Shown: one piece after another, positions 39,981 to 54,204 of the stretch | How the letters are laid out: every line of letters starts with the position of its first letter | Position numbering within the stretch: position 1 is the stretch's first letter | DNA from: the human T2T-CHM13v2.0 reference genome, Homo sapiens | Length of the DNA: 64,000 bases | Direction: 5' to 3' (one strand) | Assembly: GCF_009914755.1 (NCBI RefSeq) | Contig: NC_060928.1 | The notes under the pieces: generated by a model | Database searches by the model: none | What the model was told of the DNA's origin: nothing | What the model saw: only the letters and a program-made list of their open reading frames with translations | Translations under genes and position numbers: made by a program

Positions 39981-42864
39981 GCTCTGAGAAGGCCTTAGTA
40001 CATATGTATGAGGTAGTTATCAATTAAGAGAAACTGCCTTGCCCCTGAATTATTTACAAATGAATCAACATTTAAGGTGTAAAAACTGAAATATAAATGT
40101 AAGTAAATAAAATGTAAAATAATTTGAGAAATCACCATATATATTAAGAAATGAGGAAGGACTGGCTAAAAATGGTATAGAAACTGGAAATCATAAACTA
40201 TATATATTTGATTATATAAACAGATCTCACAATTGTTCAGCAAAAACCACTCTATGTATAATTTGAATAAAATCATCTGATTATAAAAGATATATAGATT
40301 AATTAGTCAATGGTTTAATGACTCTGATAAATCAAGAACTAGTAGGGATTTGAGGAATTTTCACTTATAAATAAATGGAGATAAAATATGACCTTTATAG
40401 AGATATTATTGAATTTGATAAAACTGAAGATAATTTTTAGTCTCCCTTTCAGTGGTGGACCTTAATTAAGATCCATCTGTGAAGACAAAAATGTCTCAGA
40501 CCAAATGCTTACCTAGCTGCCTACTTGAAGAATTATGGCTTTCTTTACTCCTACTGCAAGCCTATATAATATTCCTGTACTTTACACCACACTAAGCCCC
40601 GTATCTTCAAAAATAAGCTTTTTCTTGTGGCTAGAGCCCTATAAATATGTAGCATTTAGGATCTACATACAGATCTCAAGGATGGACTCTTAGATAACTA
40701 GCCTCACTTTATAAACAAAACAAAGCAAGTTAGATATATAAGCAAGAAACAAAAGGAGTAAGTCCACATGTACCTGGGAAAAGAAAATCAGAAAAAAAAT
40801 TATCATCGGTAAAATCTAATTTATTAATAGAGTTAGAGAATAGATTTTTTAAAATATTTGTTTTTAGAGTAGTTTTAGGTTCATACATTAAAAATTGAGC
40901 AGAAGCTGCAGAGGTTTTTCATATACTCCCTGCTCTATATTAGGCATAGCTTCCCCCACTGTCAACATCCCACACCAGAGTAGAGATTTACCATAATCAA
41001 TAAGCCTACATTGAAGCATCACTATCACCTAAAGTTCACAGTTCATATTAAGGCTCACTCTCAGTATTGTACATCCTATGGATTTTAAAAAATGTATAAT
41101 AAAATGTAGTCACTGTGATAGTATCATATAAAGTAGTTTCACTGCTCTAAAATTTCTCTGTGAACTGCCTATTTATCTATGCTTTCCACTCTACCTCAGA
41201 AACCACTGATTCTTTTACTGTTACCATAGTTTTGCCTTCTTCAGAATGTCAGAGTTGGCATCAATAAGTATGTAGCTTTTTCAGATTGACTCCTTTCACT
41301 TGGTAACATAAAGTTCCTCCATATCATTTCATGCTTGATAGCTCATTTCTTTTTAGCACTGAATAATATTCCATTGTCTGGTTAAACCACCATTTACTGA
41401 TTTAGTTAGTTGCTTTAATTTTTTGGCAACTACAAATGAAACTGTTATAAACATCCACATGCAAATATTTGTGTGGACCTAAGTTATCAACTCCTATAAA
41501 TATTAAAGCAAGTCATTATATGGAATAAGGATGATTACTTTCGTAAGAAACTGCCAAACTGTCTTTCAAAGTGGCTATACGATTTAGCATTTCCCCAGCA
41601 ATGAATGAGAATTCCTGTTGCTGGACATCCTTGGCAGCATTTGGTGTTGTTAGTGTTCTCAATTTTGCCCATTCTAATAGGTATGTAGCAATATTTTATT
41701 GTTGTTTTAATTTCCAGTTCTCTGATAACATATGATGTGGAGCATCATTTCACTTGCTTGTTTGTCATGGGTCTTCTTTGACGAGGTGTTCATCAAGGTC
41801 TTTGCCAATTTTCAAATCCTGGGGATTCATCTATTTCTCGTTGCAGTTTTATCAGTTTTTGCCTCACTTATTTGACTCTTTTGGCCACATACATATTAAA
41901 GATTTCCATTTTTTCCTAGATATTTGATCCTTTTGTCATTATGCAATGCCCATTGTCCCTGATAATTTTCCTTGGTTTGAAGTCTGCTCACTCTAGAGTT
42001 AATATTTCTATGCCATGTGCCTTTATATTTAATGTAAATTTCTTGTGGACAACATATAGTTTGGTCTTTTTATTGATCCACTCTGATCATCTCTGACTTT
42101 TAATTGGTGTATTAAGATCACTGACATGTAATGTAGTTATTGATGTAGTTGAATTAATATCTACTATATTTGTTTCTGCTTTTTGGATTCCATTTTCTCC
42201 TTTCTTAGTATTCCAGTTACACTTTTTACTAAAACTTCTTAGCACTTGCCCTAGCTTTTGCAATATACATTTACACCTAATCCAAGCCCACTTTCAAATA
42301 ACACTATCCTGCTTCACAAATGCTGCAAGTAATTGTAATAACAACATAATCCCAATTCTTTCCTTCTAACCTTTGTATCATTGCTGTCATGAATTTCATT
42401 TATACATAAGTGTGTACACACATACAAGCATACATAATCAAATATATTGTTGGCATTATTATTTTGAAAAAAAAACAGTTATCTGGTACATTAAGAATAA
42501 AAAAATACAAGTTTTATTTTACTGCTATGTATTCTTTCTCCAGTGCTCTTTCTTTGTTTATGTAGATCTGAGTTTCTTACCTACATTATTTTCCTTCTGT
42601 ATTAGTCTGCTCAGGCTGTCATGACAAAATACCACAGACTGTGTGGCTTAAACAACAGAAATTTATTTTTCCACTGCTCTGGAAGCTGGAAAGTCCAAAA
42701 TTAAAGCTACAGTAGGGCTTGGTTTCTAGTAAACATTATTTTCCTGGCTTGTAGGGTAGGTTTCTGCTCACAGGGCCTTTCCTCTGAGCACATACAGATA
42801 GACATATTGGATCAGTATCCCATATTGGTGAACTTATTTAACCTTAATAACTTCCTGAATACAC

Positions 42865-43294
42865 TGTTTTAGTCTGTTTTCTGTTGCTAATCACAGAATA
42901 TATTAAACTGGGTAATTTTTTTTTAAAGCAACCCATTTCTTATAATTATGGAGGGTGAGAAGTTCAAAGTGAAGGGGCCGCATCTGGTGACAGTCTTCTT
43001 GGTGGTGGGTACTCTGTGCAGAGTCCTGTGGTGACACAGGACATCACATGGCCAGGCAGCTGAACTTGTTAGCTCAGGTCTCTTTTACTCTTCTTATAAA
43101 GCCATCAAGTCCCACTCTTGTGATAATCCATTCACTTATTAACTCATTAATCTAAGAACATATTAATTCATTTTATGAGGACAGAGCCTGATGATCCAAT
43201 TACCTCTTATAGACTCCACCTCTCAATAATGCTACATTGGGGACTAAATTTCAATATAAGTATTGGGAGGGAAACAAATATTCAAACCATAGCA
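42865..43294 (-). mobile_element. MSTB-type solo LTR nested in an MLT1A LTR
   Basis: tgttttagtctgttttctgttgct...'gggtactctgtgcagagtcctgtggtgacacaggacatcacatgg'...ttcaaaccatagca. Confidence 0.88.
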
Positions 43295-43386
43295 GACCCT
43301 ATCTCCCAATTAAGTCACATTTAGATAAAGGGCTTTATCTATGAATTTGAGGAGAAACAATTCAACCCATAGCATGCTTCCCATAA

Positions 43387-43699
<313 letters not shown>

Positions 43700-43843
43700 A
43701 AAATGCATGTTTTTATTGCATGCAAAATACATCCATTCCATTCCAACATCCTTAAAAGTCTTAATTCATTTCAGCATCAACTCTAGTTTCTGAAGTCGAA
43801 ATTCTCATCCAAATATCATCTAAATTAGTATGGATGAGGCTCA

Positions 43844-44097
<254 letters not shown>

Positions 44098-45614
44098 AAA
44101 ATAATGGCGGGACAGGCATAGGTTGACATTCTGATTCGAAAAGAGAGAAACAGAAAAGAAGGAAGGGGTGACAGGGTCTAAGCAAGTCCAAAGCCCAGTA
44201 AAGCAAATTCTATTACATCTTAAGGCCAGAAAATAATGTTCTTTGGTCTAAGGGTCTGCCGTCCAGGCCCACTGCTACAGAAGTGTCACCTCTATGGCCC
44301 TATTAAAAGCCTTACCCCCACAAATGTGCCAGTGGGTTCTTCCTACTCCTAAGGCTCCAGTGGAGGCAGTCTTGCCTATTGAAACAGAGGTGATGGCCTC
44401 TTTCTTTTAAATTCAGGGGGCAGCCCTAATGATTTCTGAATCACCTTTAGGATTATTCTCCTCTTCTCTTGAATAATGGTGCCCCATTAGAGCCAAATAA
44501 CTCTATTTTCCTTTTCTGTGTAATATTAGAAGTATATTAAGCCTTTCTTAATTTCATCCCCAAAGCCTTTCTTTACCTTGTCTCATCTTGTCTTTGTATC
44601 CTTTGAAACAAACTGGCTATATCTCTGCTGCTATAATTGCATGTCCATTTGTGGCCTCTGCTTAGATGGTTGATTAGATCCGTGGTTCATACCTGTACTA
44701 ATCTCCTTATCAAATGGTTGTTCAGCCACACCTTTAGCATTATCTTCAGAACATGCTTTATCATATTTTTCTTTGCAGTACAAATAGGCTAAGAATTTTC
44801 CAAATCTTCAAGCTCTGGTTCCTTTTTGCTTAACAATTTTTTCAATTTATCTCTATCCTCTTGCATTTTACTATAAGCAGAAAGGAGAAGCAAGGTCACA
44901 CGTTCAACAATCTGCTTAGAAATCCCTGCAGCTAAATGTCCAGTTTAATTGTGCACAGGTTCCACCTTCCACAAAATGCTAGAGCACAATTCAGTCAAGT
45001 TATTTGCCACTTTATAACAAGACTAGCCTTTAATCCAGTTTCTAACAATGTGTTCCTCATTATCATTTGAGACCTCGCTAGAATTGCCTTTAACATTTAT
45101 ATTTCTATCAACATTGTTTTTAATGATGTATGTATTCTCTAAGACTATCAAGGCTTTCTGTATAGTTCTCTATTTTCTTCCTGAACTCCCACTAGAATTG
45201 CCCTTAATATCCATTTTTTCCACCAATAGTCTTTAGGCTTTGTCTAGCACGCACCTTAAAACCCTTCCAGCTTCTACTCATCAACCAATTCCAAAGCCAC
45301 TTCCACATCTTAGGGACTTCTTATAGAAGCATCCGATTTCTCAATAACAAATTATGAATTAGTCGGCTTGAGCTGCCATTAAAAAATAATTCAGACGTAA
45401 AATTTACTTTCTTACAGTTTTTGAGGCTAAAAAATCCAATGTTATGATTCTGGATGGTTTCAGTTCCTGGTGAATTCTCTCTTTCTAACTTGCGTATGTC
45501 TGCTTTGTCCTCATATGATCTTTCCTTTGAGTGAACACTGCAGAGAGAGACTTCTTCTTTAGATTAGAATAGCATTCTTATGACCTCATTTAACCTTAAT
45601 TATTTACTTTCTAA

Positions 45615-46026
<412 letters not shown>

Positions 46027-46669
46027 TATCTCTCAAATTTTAAAGGCAGTAGTTCATCCTCTGATCTCCGTTCTCTGATGGCTCTTAGAAGAGTAGTTGG
46101 TTTTTCAGTTTTTTGGGAATTTCTCTTATTGTTAGATTGAAGTGAAGACTGCCAAACTCCTTACATAATTTTATATAATTTTAAAATATTTGGTAACTTA
46201 AGAAGTCTATTCTGATTAAGTAAACATTTGAATTATTGTGGATGCAATTGACTTCTGAGTTCACCACAGTTAATAAGTGCTCCTTACATGCCAGTCTGAA
46301 AACCAAAAGTGTGGATTAGAGTTTATATTTTAATTAGTGCAAATGGCACATTACTGCTAGTGGGGAGTTTTTTATATACTAATAACTGAAAATATGCTTA
46401 CAGTGCTCAGTATGTGACAAGATTGTTCTAACCACTTTGTATTCCCCAACAATTGTGTAAGGCACTGAGTTAGCAAATGAATGCACAACAGAGAAAAGCA
46501 TGAAAAAAGAAAATAAAGGTGTAAAAATTTTGTTTCAACAACGTAGATACATGGAAGATGGTGTTTATATTTAAGACAGGAACCAATGATGGGATAATAT
46601 TTCAAGTATGTTAAAAGTATTTAACTGACAATAGAAAAAAAAGATGAATTTTCAAGCAGGCAATTTGAC

Positions 46670-47213
46670 TATTTATTTAAATATTTAATTTACATTCATA
46701 TGTTCATGGGATACAATATGATATTTTGATGTATGCCTATTGTGGAATGATTAAATCAGCTAATTAACATATCTATCACCTTATATACTTATTATTTTTG
46801 AAATGTATTCTTAGAAATTCTGAAATATATAAAATATGATTATTAACTGTAGTCACCATGCTGTGCAATAGATCTCAAAAACTTATAACCTTATCCTTTC
46901 TGTCCAACTGAATCTTTGTACATTTTGACCAACATTTCTCCAGGCTCTGGTAACCATCATTCTACCTCTGCTTCTATGAGTTTGTCTATTTTAGATTCCA
47001 CATATAAGTGAGATCAAGCAGTATTGGTCTTTCTGTAGTTTTTCAAAATTATTAGAATGATTAAAAAGTTGATTTTAACAAGACCAATTTGAAGACATAT
47101 AACTAAAACTGTTAATGTTATATACAAGAAAGAAATGCCAAGTGACAGAATTTTCTTTGTTTTTGAGACTAGATAGTATTCCATTGTGTATATACACCAC
47201 ATTTTCTTTTATT
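46670..47213 (-). mobile_element. L1MA (L1MA8-like) 3' fragment carrying an inverted local insertion
   Basis: 'gtggaatgattaaatcagctaattaacatatc', 'gtcaccatgctgtgcaatagatctc', 'agattccacatataagtgagatca' and 'tagtattccattgtgtatatacaccacattttctttat'. Confidence 0.88.
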
Positions 47214-47369
47214 TTCGAAAAAGGTCTGACATTGGCAACTAAGGTAAAAGAGTCTCCATACCTCATGTTTCTAGTAGTGTCTATATGATTCAAACATGAA
47301 TGAACAGAGAGTAGAACACAGTGTTACCACTACTACTTCTCTACACATCCAATGAGTCTCACTACTACT

Positions 47370-47600
47370 ACTAATAGTAATAACAAACAATATTTATAAA
47401 TATTTTCTGTACTCCAGTCATTGTTCCAGGACTTTATCCACACTAGCTTATTTTATTCCACAAACCCTTGGAGCAATTATATCTATATTTTATATGCTGA
47501 AGGATATGTAGAGGGTATAAAACCTGCCCAAAGTTTCTCAGGAGATAAGCAGACAATAAGGAAGTGGCCAAGCAGAATTGCTTTTATGGGGCAAGTTTTC
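47370..47600 (-). mobile_element. MIR fragment
   Basis: 'taatagtaataacaaacaatatttata...ccagtcattgttccaggacttta...cacaaaccctt...tctatattttatatgctgaaggatat...aacctgcccaaagtt'. Confidence 0.65.
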
Positions 47601-49041
47601 CACCCCTGACTCTAGTCTCCAAGGATGAGAAAATGCTAGTTTGGTTGGTAACAGTGTCCATAGCATCTAACAAAGTGATGGGTACTTATCCCATGTTCAG
47701 TATATACTGAATTAAAGATAATAAACTCTGTATCACACATGCTTACACCTAAATCTTTATGTCAATTTTTAATTATTTTTTGAAATAAACCTATATAGAA
47801 AAAAAATTGAGGTTACTGATAGTAGCACAAATCTCTTTGTGTTACTGTCAGTGTATCAGAATATAGAACCAATTTACACTGTCATTAGAAATGTTTAAGA
47901 GTCTTTTTCCCTACTTAAAGAACCTCTGTGGGTCTAACATATATATATATATATATAGTTTTACCATTCTGAAAGACAGAGTGTATAATTTAATATTTAT
48001 TATTAAATATTTTATTTAAAATGAAGATATTTCAATTTTTAAAATTTCTATTGGCCATATTAATTTTTCTGTGAAATGTCTGCTCATGTTCTTTTAATTT
48101 TATGGAAATTATTCATATGATTAAATAAGTTAATCCAATATTTTTACAGCAGTTGTGATTTGCCATTTCTTTCTTGTATATACCATTAACATTTTTTGTT
48201 ACATGTCTCAATTTAAATCAGTCTTGTAAAAACCAGCTTTTTTTCTCATGCTAATAATTGTGAAAAAGGCTAAAATGCTTGTACATATTTTATCAAACTC
48301 ACTGGTTTTCTTCTGGCCTATATAAATTAAAAGAATTCTAGATTTTTATTAGAAATAATTAGAAGAAACCCAGGAAAGCATTGTTATAATATAAAGAAAC
48401 TGAAAGCTTATAAAAAGAAGAACATCACAATCATTTTAAACCATAGAAAGATAAAGCTTTGATAGCAGTAAACAAACAACAAAGAAAGAAAGATTCACAG
48501 CACTGGGGAACAAGGGAACAAGATAAACTGAGATCTCCTAACATAGTGTTTCAATATTCTTGCCATTAATAGTGGTTTTCTCACAGAGAAATTTTGAACA
48601 AAATGCCTTAACTACATTTCTCTGCCAATAAAATTGACAAGATAGTTGCAGAAAAGCTTTCAAATCCATTGCAAAAGCAATTTATATTCAGTTTACCTTC
48701 ATGTATAGTTAAAGAATAACACTGGGATTTCGCTTCTTCTAAGTAGTCTAAGAATATATTTCACTACCATTGATTTAGTCAGTACAGTAAAAGTATGCTT
48801 TTTATGATTTTTTTCTCAAGTGTAGTACACGCTTTACATTATAGCAGAAATGAAAAAAAATTATGCCTCTTCTACAGATTTTTTGGCATATGTGAATATC
48901 TTAAATAAAATAAGATCTCAATCTAATGTTATATGATTAACTCACAAATTAACTCTAATTTGTATGAACTGTTAAAATTTACAAACTCAGAATTTAAGCT
49001 AGAACAACAGAAATCCAGGATCTCCTACAGCTATAAATAAA

Positions 49042-49042
<1 letters not shown>

Positions 49043-49072
<30 letters not shown>
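49043..49072. repeat. (TG)15 microsatellite
   Basis: 30 bp of uninterrupted TG. Confidence 0.98.
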
Positions 49073-49073
<1 letters not shown>

Positions 49074-49507
49074 TTATTTAGAGTTTTTAGGACAAGTTTA
49101 AAAAATTGTACCTACGTTTGTGTTAATTTACATTCCAGAAAATAGTAAAGGATGTCTTCTTGCAATGGCTCCCACCTCGCACTGAAGAATGAGATGAAAG
49201 CCATACCTGACAGGTAACAGGTGCTCATAGAGACTTTAATCCTATTAGCAGAAAATTGTTTGTGTTGACTGCTCTCTACCAGCAGCTAATTAAACTAATA
49301 GAACAGGCTGCGAGTGGGGGCAGTGCAAAGTAATGAATGACTTAAATGTGGAGAATCTATTTTGTATAAAAACAGAATCTACATCACATTTCCCCTGTGA
49401 TTTATAGTAATTTATAAATAACATTAATAACAAAAAATATTATAATGCATACTAATTCATACATTAAACATTAAATTTTAATAGCCAATATACATATTTA
49501 TAGCTTC

Positions 49508-49745
49508 ATCAATCAGGAGTCTTGAGAAAAACAGAGATTATAATATATGAGTATATATTAATTTATTTTAAAATATATTATTTTATGGAATTAGTTCACC
49601 TGATTACATGTACTGGCAAGTCAGATATTTGGAAGGGCCCTGACCACGCAAGAGTTGATTTAGTCTTGAGTCTGAAATTTGGAAAGTGGGAAGGCAGGCT
49701 AGAAAGTCAGGCAAGATTTCTATGTTACAGTAGAAGCCAAATTCA
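49508..49745 (-). mobile_element. MLT2 (MLT2D-like) LTR fragment
   Basis: 'tattttatggaattagttcacctgatta...ctggcaagtcagatattt', 'agtcttgagtctgaaattt' and 'ggcaggctagaaagtcaggcaagatttctatgttacagt'. Confidence 0.7.
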
Positions 49746-51532
49746 CTTAACTTAATTCACCAAAGTCACTTAATTATTTGACAAATTTGAAGACAGCAAA
49801 TCAAGAAAGAGGAGCTAATGAAAACTATAATAATCAATATAACTGAAAAGAATCTATAAATGATATGGCTTTTTCCCATGTAAAGTATGTTTAAAATCAA
49901 AATAATCTACGAAATATTTATATTATTATGCTTTTGAAATTAAAATAAACCTTCACACACTAGCTCATGTCTGCAAAGTAAGAAAGCATAAAAATGGATT
50001 TAATCCATTATAAAGTTAGAGAAAATAATATATTCTTTCTTTGGACAAATGGATTACCAAATAATCAGTATTAGCTTTATTGTATTATATATTGTATAGT
50101 TTTCATTGTCCTAACAATTTCCATGCAAAATTCTCAGATGAACTAATTTTATTTAAAAAGTCTTCAAATAATTCCCAACAAAAACCACATTTTAAATAGA
50201 ATCAATTAAGAGAAAACAATATTTTACATAATTCAGAGGTCATCTTGTGCACCTCTCTGTGGGAAAACTGTCTGCACTGAAAAAAAATGATGCTTTCAAC
50301 ATAAACAACAGATTTCACGTAGGCAAAAATAATTTGAATCTATTTATGAGAAAAATCTTAAAAAATTTCACAGATTGGATCTATTAAATACCTATAGCCA
50401 TGATAGTGTTTATGAATATTTTTCTTGTTGGAAAGAATCTCCATTTTTTTCTGCTACATCTTCATCAAACCAGCACTACACCATTCATTTTGCTGTTTCT
50501 ATTGTTGGTCAGAAACAGTTGCAATAGATACTGAGATTACTTAAGGGACAGAAAGGCATTTCAAGTGGCATTAAAACTTGATTATCTTTCAAAAGAACGT
50601 AAAACTATGCTTTATGAATAATTTAAATGTGATTTCAGTTTTAAGTTAGATGTTATTACTATAATATTTTCATGAGTGACCAGAAAAATAACATCAAAAT
50701 AAATTAAAACCAGGTAAACATAAACTACACTACATTTAGAAACAAACACTTGGGGTTTATGTTTTCGCTGTTATCGTAGTTGTTATTGTTTTGTTAGCTT
50801 GTACTAGATTTCTGTTGAAATGAAAATTATAATGAATATACCTTTTACATTTTTCCTTGGTGTTATGATGTCAAACATGTTATATTTTTCTTGACAATTC
50901 AAAATTTGCTCCAAAAAAAGATGGTGGTTACTATAATATGTGTGCTCTTAAATTTGTCTTGGTATAACAAGATAAAACACACAAAATAAACTAGGCAAAG
51001 GCCTTTTTATTCACTCAAACACTTTTTTATACTTTTTACTTGCTAGGTATTTAATACATATGTGAACACTACTTCAATTATAAATTATGACACATCTCTC
51101 TTTGTAGCTCTACATAAATAGTTACATTCATTTCTTTGATTTCATAAAAAACAAAGATTCATATATTGACACAGCACATTTTTTCCAGAAAAACTTCTAT
51201 TATCATTGATGTAGCTTGGCTTCTTGAAACCAAGTATAATTTGAATTCATATTAAAACTGCAGCTTATATTCCATTTGAATCTAATTATGTTGAAACAAA
51301 TTAACAATTCTCAGAAAGCAATAAAATAAACACTGAGTTAATATTGAAGAGTGTTTTTAAAAACTTGATTTTTTGGCCCAACATTATAATCCATTTTTGA
51401 ATTATGAACAGCATTGCACTAAGTTACATTGAAGAGAATTGAAGAACAAAACTTCTAGTGAATCACCTGAGCTTAGTTGTATATTTATACTTTCATTCTT
51501 CACTTTGCATTATTCAGAGGTCAGTATAGGAT

Positions 51533-51979
51533 TGATGCAGGGCAGGCAAGCACCCAAATTGAGGCCTAGCCCAGGAGGCTTCTTGTCTTCACCTAGGAAA
51601 ACATTCAAGGGTGAGCTGGTGTACAGCAGCAGTACAATTTCATGAAGAACATGGCTACCCTGCAGGTAGTGTGCTCAGAGGAGCAACTCTGAGGCAGTTC
51701 TGCACTCATTTTTATATCCACTTTTAATTATATGCAAATTAAGGGACAGTTTATGCATAAATTTCTAGAAGGAGGGTGTTAACTTCCAGGTTGTCCAGTT
51801 ATTGCCATGGAAGAAGCAGTAACTTCTGGGTGTTGCCATGGCAATGGTAAATTGACATAGCACACTGATGGGAGTGTCTTATGGGGAGATGATTCTGCCT
51901 TAGACCGTTTTTGACTACTCCTCAATTTGGTCCAGCATCCAAGCCCCACCTCCAGATTAGTGTTCTGCTTCCTACCTCA
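51533..51979 (-). mobile_element. MER66-type ERV1 solo LTR
   Basis: tgatgcagggcaggcaagc...ctcctcaatttggtcc...ctgcttcctacctca. 4-bp TSD ggat (51529-51532 / 51980-51983). Confidence 0.88.
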
Positions 51980-53808
51980 GGATCATGCAAACTACTTTAA
52001 ATTATGATACACACACTCCTGAGAAATAGACAAATTTCAGGGTGGTACAAAGGCACAGAGTTTCATAGAAATAACTTTCCAGGTCTTTTGACTTCCATAT
52101 AGACTTTTCCTAAAACTGACTTTCCTGAGGCTGTCTGTAACTGTTGACAAGGTTCACTGAGCATCTCCTTCCCATTCTATGCCTTCTCAACTATTCCAAC
52201 TTCAGAAAAAAAGAAAGAAAGAAAGAAAGAAAAAGGCATGTCTCTCATTTGGAATTTTTTATGGTATAGATTCCTGGGGTGTGCATGTACTAAACTGCTA
52301 AATAATTTAAAACATACATAATTGTGGAATATCCCTTAATCTCTCTCTTTCATAGATACCACTATTAAGGGCAATGAAATGGCATATTTTTTTCCTATAT
52401 GCAGATATGTTGTAAAGCATGGTGAAAGTCAAAACAGCTTTTATTTAATAACCTCATCTCTTCTATCCCCTGATGATTACACCTTTCAGGTGTCATCACA
52501 GTCCCAAGAGAGAATGCAAAGAGAACAGAAAGAAATACTGATGGCACCAGCACTTTACTACATTCAGGTAACAACCCATGGCAAGGTCCTAGCCTCGCCT
52601 TTCTATCAGAATTAGAAATCAGAAAACAGAATTACCACATAAGCACGCATTAGCATGTTTTTCTAAATTGAAAAATGAAGTGTGACTTTCCAGATAGAAA
52701 CTCATTCTGATTTGGTTGATTTGTTTGACTGAATTCTTCACAATTAAGATTGTATTAGCTAAATGTCACCTCTAAACATTTGAAGAAAACATATTTAAAT
52801 ATATTGACAAAGGTGTCTTTACATTTAAATATTTTAATTTACCCAAACTTGGATTGTCACAATGCTTCAATGATAGAATAAAATTTTCTTAATTAAGTGG
52901 ACATATATAAATGGACTTTTTGAGATGTAGTCACATGTACTTTTAAAACATAAAATTAATAATAAGATGAATGTCACTTCTACTGTCTTGATTTTTATCT
53001 GTATAGTATAGCTTTTGAACTGATACATCATGACAGTCCAATTCAGGGATCATCTTTATGAGCACAAGTGTGCATATAGTACTGACCTTAACTCTAAGAC
53101 TTTAAGGCCAAAATACTGTCTTAAATATCACAGTAAATTAAAATATAATAATAAATATATCTCATTGAATGCATAAGTATTATTTTTATAGAAATTATTT
53201 CTATGATTCTATTTATCCTTATAATACTTCAGTGAAAATTAAAAGGCAGTGTATCATTGTTTTCTAAGAACAACTTTTATTTGTAGATAGTCCTTGTTAA
53301 AATGATCACCATGACTGCATTTTTCCTGAAATAAAATAAAATATAAAAAGGCTTCATTTGGTCAAGGTTTTAAAGAAATATTTGAGAGGTAGAAAAAAAA
53401 ACATTCAATACTTAAAAATGTCTAAAATTATAAAATCATCTCATTTATAAGTAATCTTTATATATATTAGCTAATTTTATTCTTTAAATTCTAAATTAGT
53501 CTATTATTATCCTCATTTTATAAAGTGAACCTTAATTTTCACAGCAAAAATTTTCTCCTCCTGCCTGCAAACCCTATCCACACCATTACTATCGAATTTT
53601 ACCTCACCTTTGGAGGAGTATTTTTACTAATTGAATTATATGTGTATGTATTCCAGAGTCATGTAAGCACATATTCTTTATTTCATAGGACAGACATTTT
53701 GGAGGAAGAGTTTTTCTGAAAGACCCTGTGTCTAGAATGTGATGAGATCAAACAATAAATTTGGCCTCAATATAACTAAATGAGACATGGGTACAGCCTG
53801 GAATTCTT

Positions 53809-54110
53809 TTTTTTTTTTTTTCCTTTGAGATGGAGTCTTGCTCTGTCGCCCAGGCTGGAGGGCAGTAGTGCAATCTCGGCTCAGTGCAACCTCCACCTCC
53901 TGGGTTCAAGAGATCGATTCTCCTGCCTCAGCCTCCCAAGTAGCTGGGACTACAGGCACCCGCTACCATGCCCGGCTAATTTTTGTATTTTTAGTAGAGA
54001 TGGGGTTTCACCATATTGGCCAGGCTAGTCTTGAACTCCTAACCTTGTGATCCACCCGCCTCAGCCTCCCAAAGTGATGGGATTACAGGCATAAGCCACC
54101 GAACCGGGCC
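53809..54110 (-). mobile_element. Alu (AluSg-like)
   Basis: Antisense dimeric Alu with 'accttgtgatcc'. TSD cagcctgg(a/c)attctt at 53794-53808 and 54111-54125. Confidence 0.96.
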
Positions 54111-54204
54111 CAGCCTGGCATTCTTATTAAACACAGTTATCATTGCATCTCTGATTTGTGTGGTCCCCCCTCCTCTCCCATATTAAAAACCCAAGAGAAC
54201 AACA

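Noticed and set aside
45078-45230. Direct repeat ctagaattgcc(t/c)ttaa about 115 bp apart
   Set aside because: Lies within MaLR internal sequence and is most likely an ancestral internal repeat, not a local event.
49305-49328. CTCF-like 'gcgagtgggggcagtgc'
   Set aside because: Only the 3' half matches the CTCF core. The 5' CCASYAG part does not.
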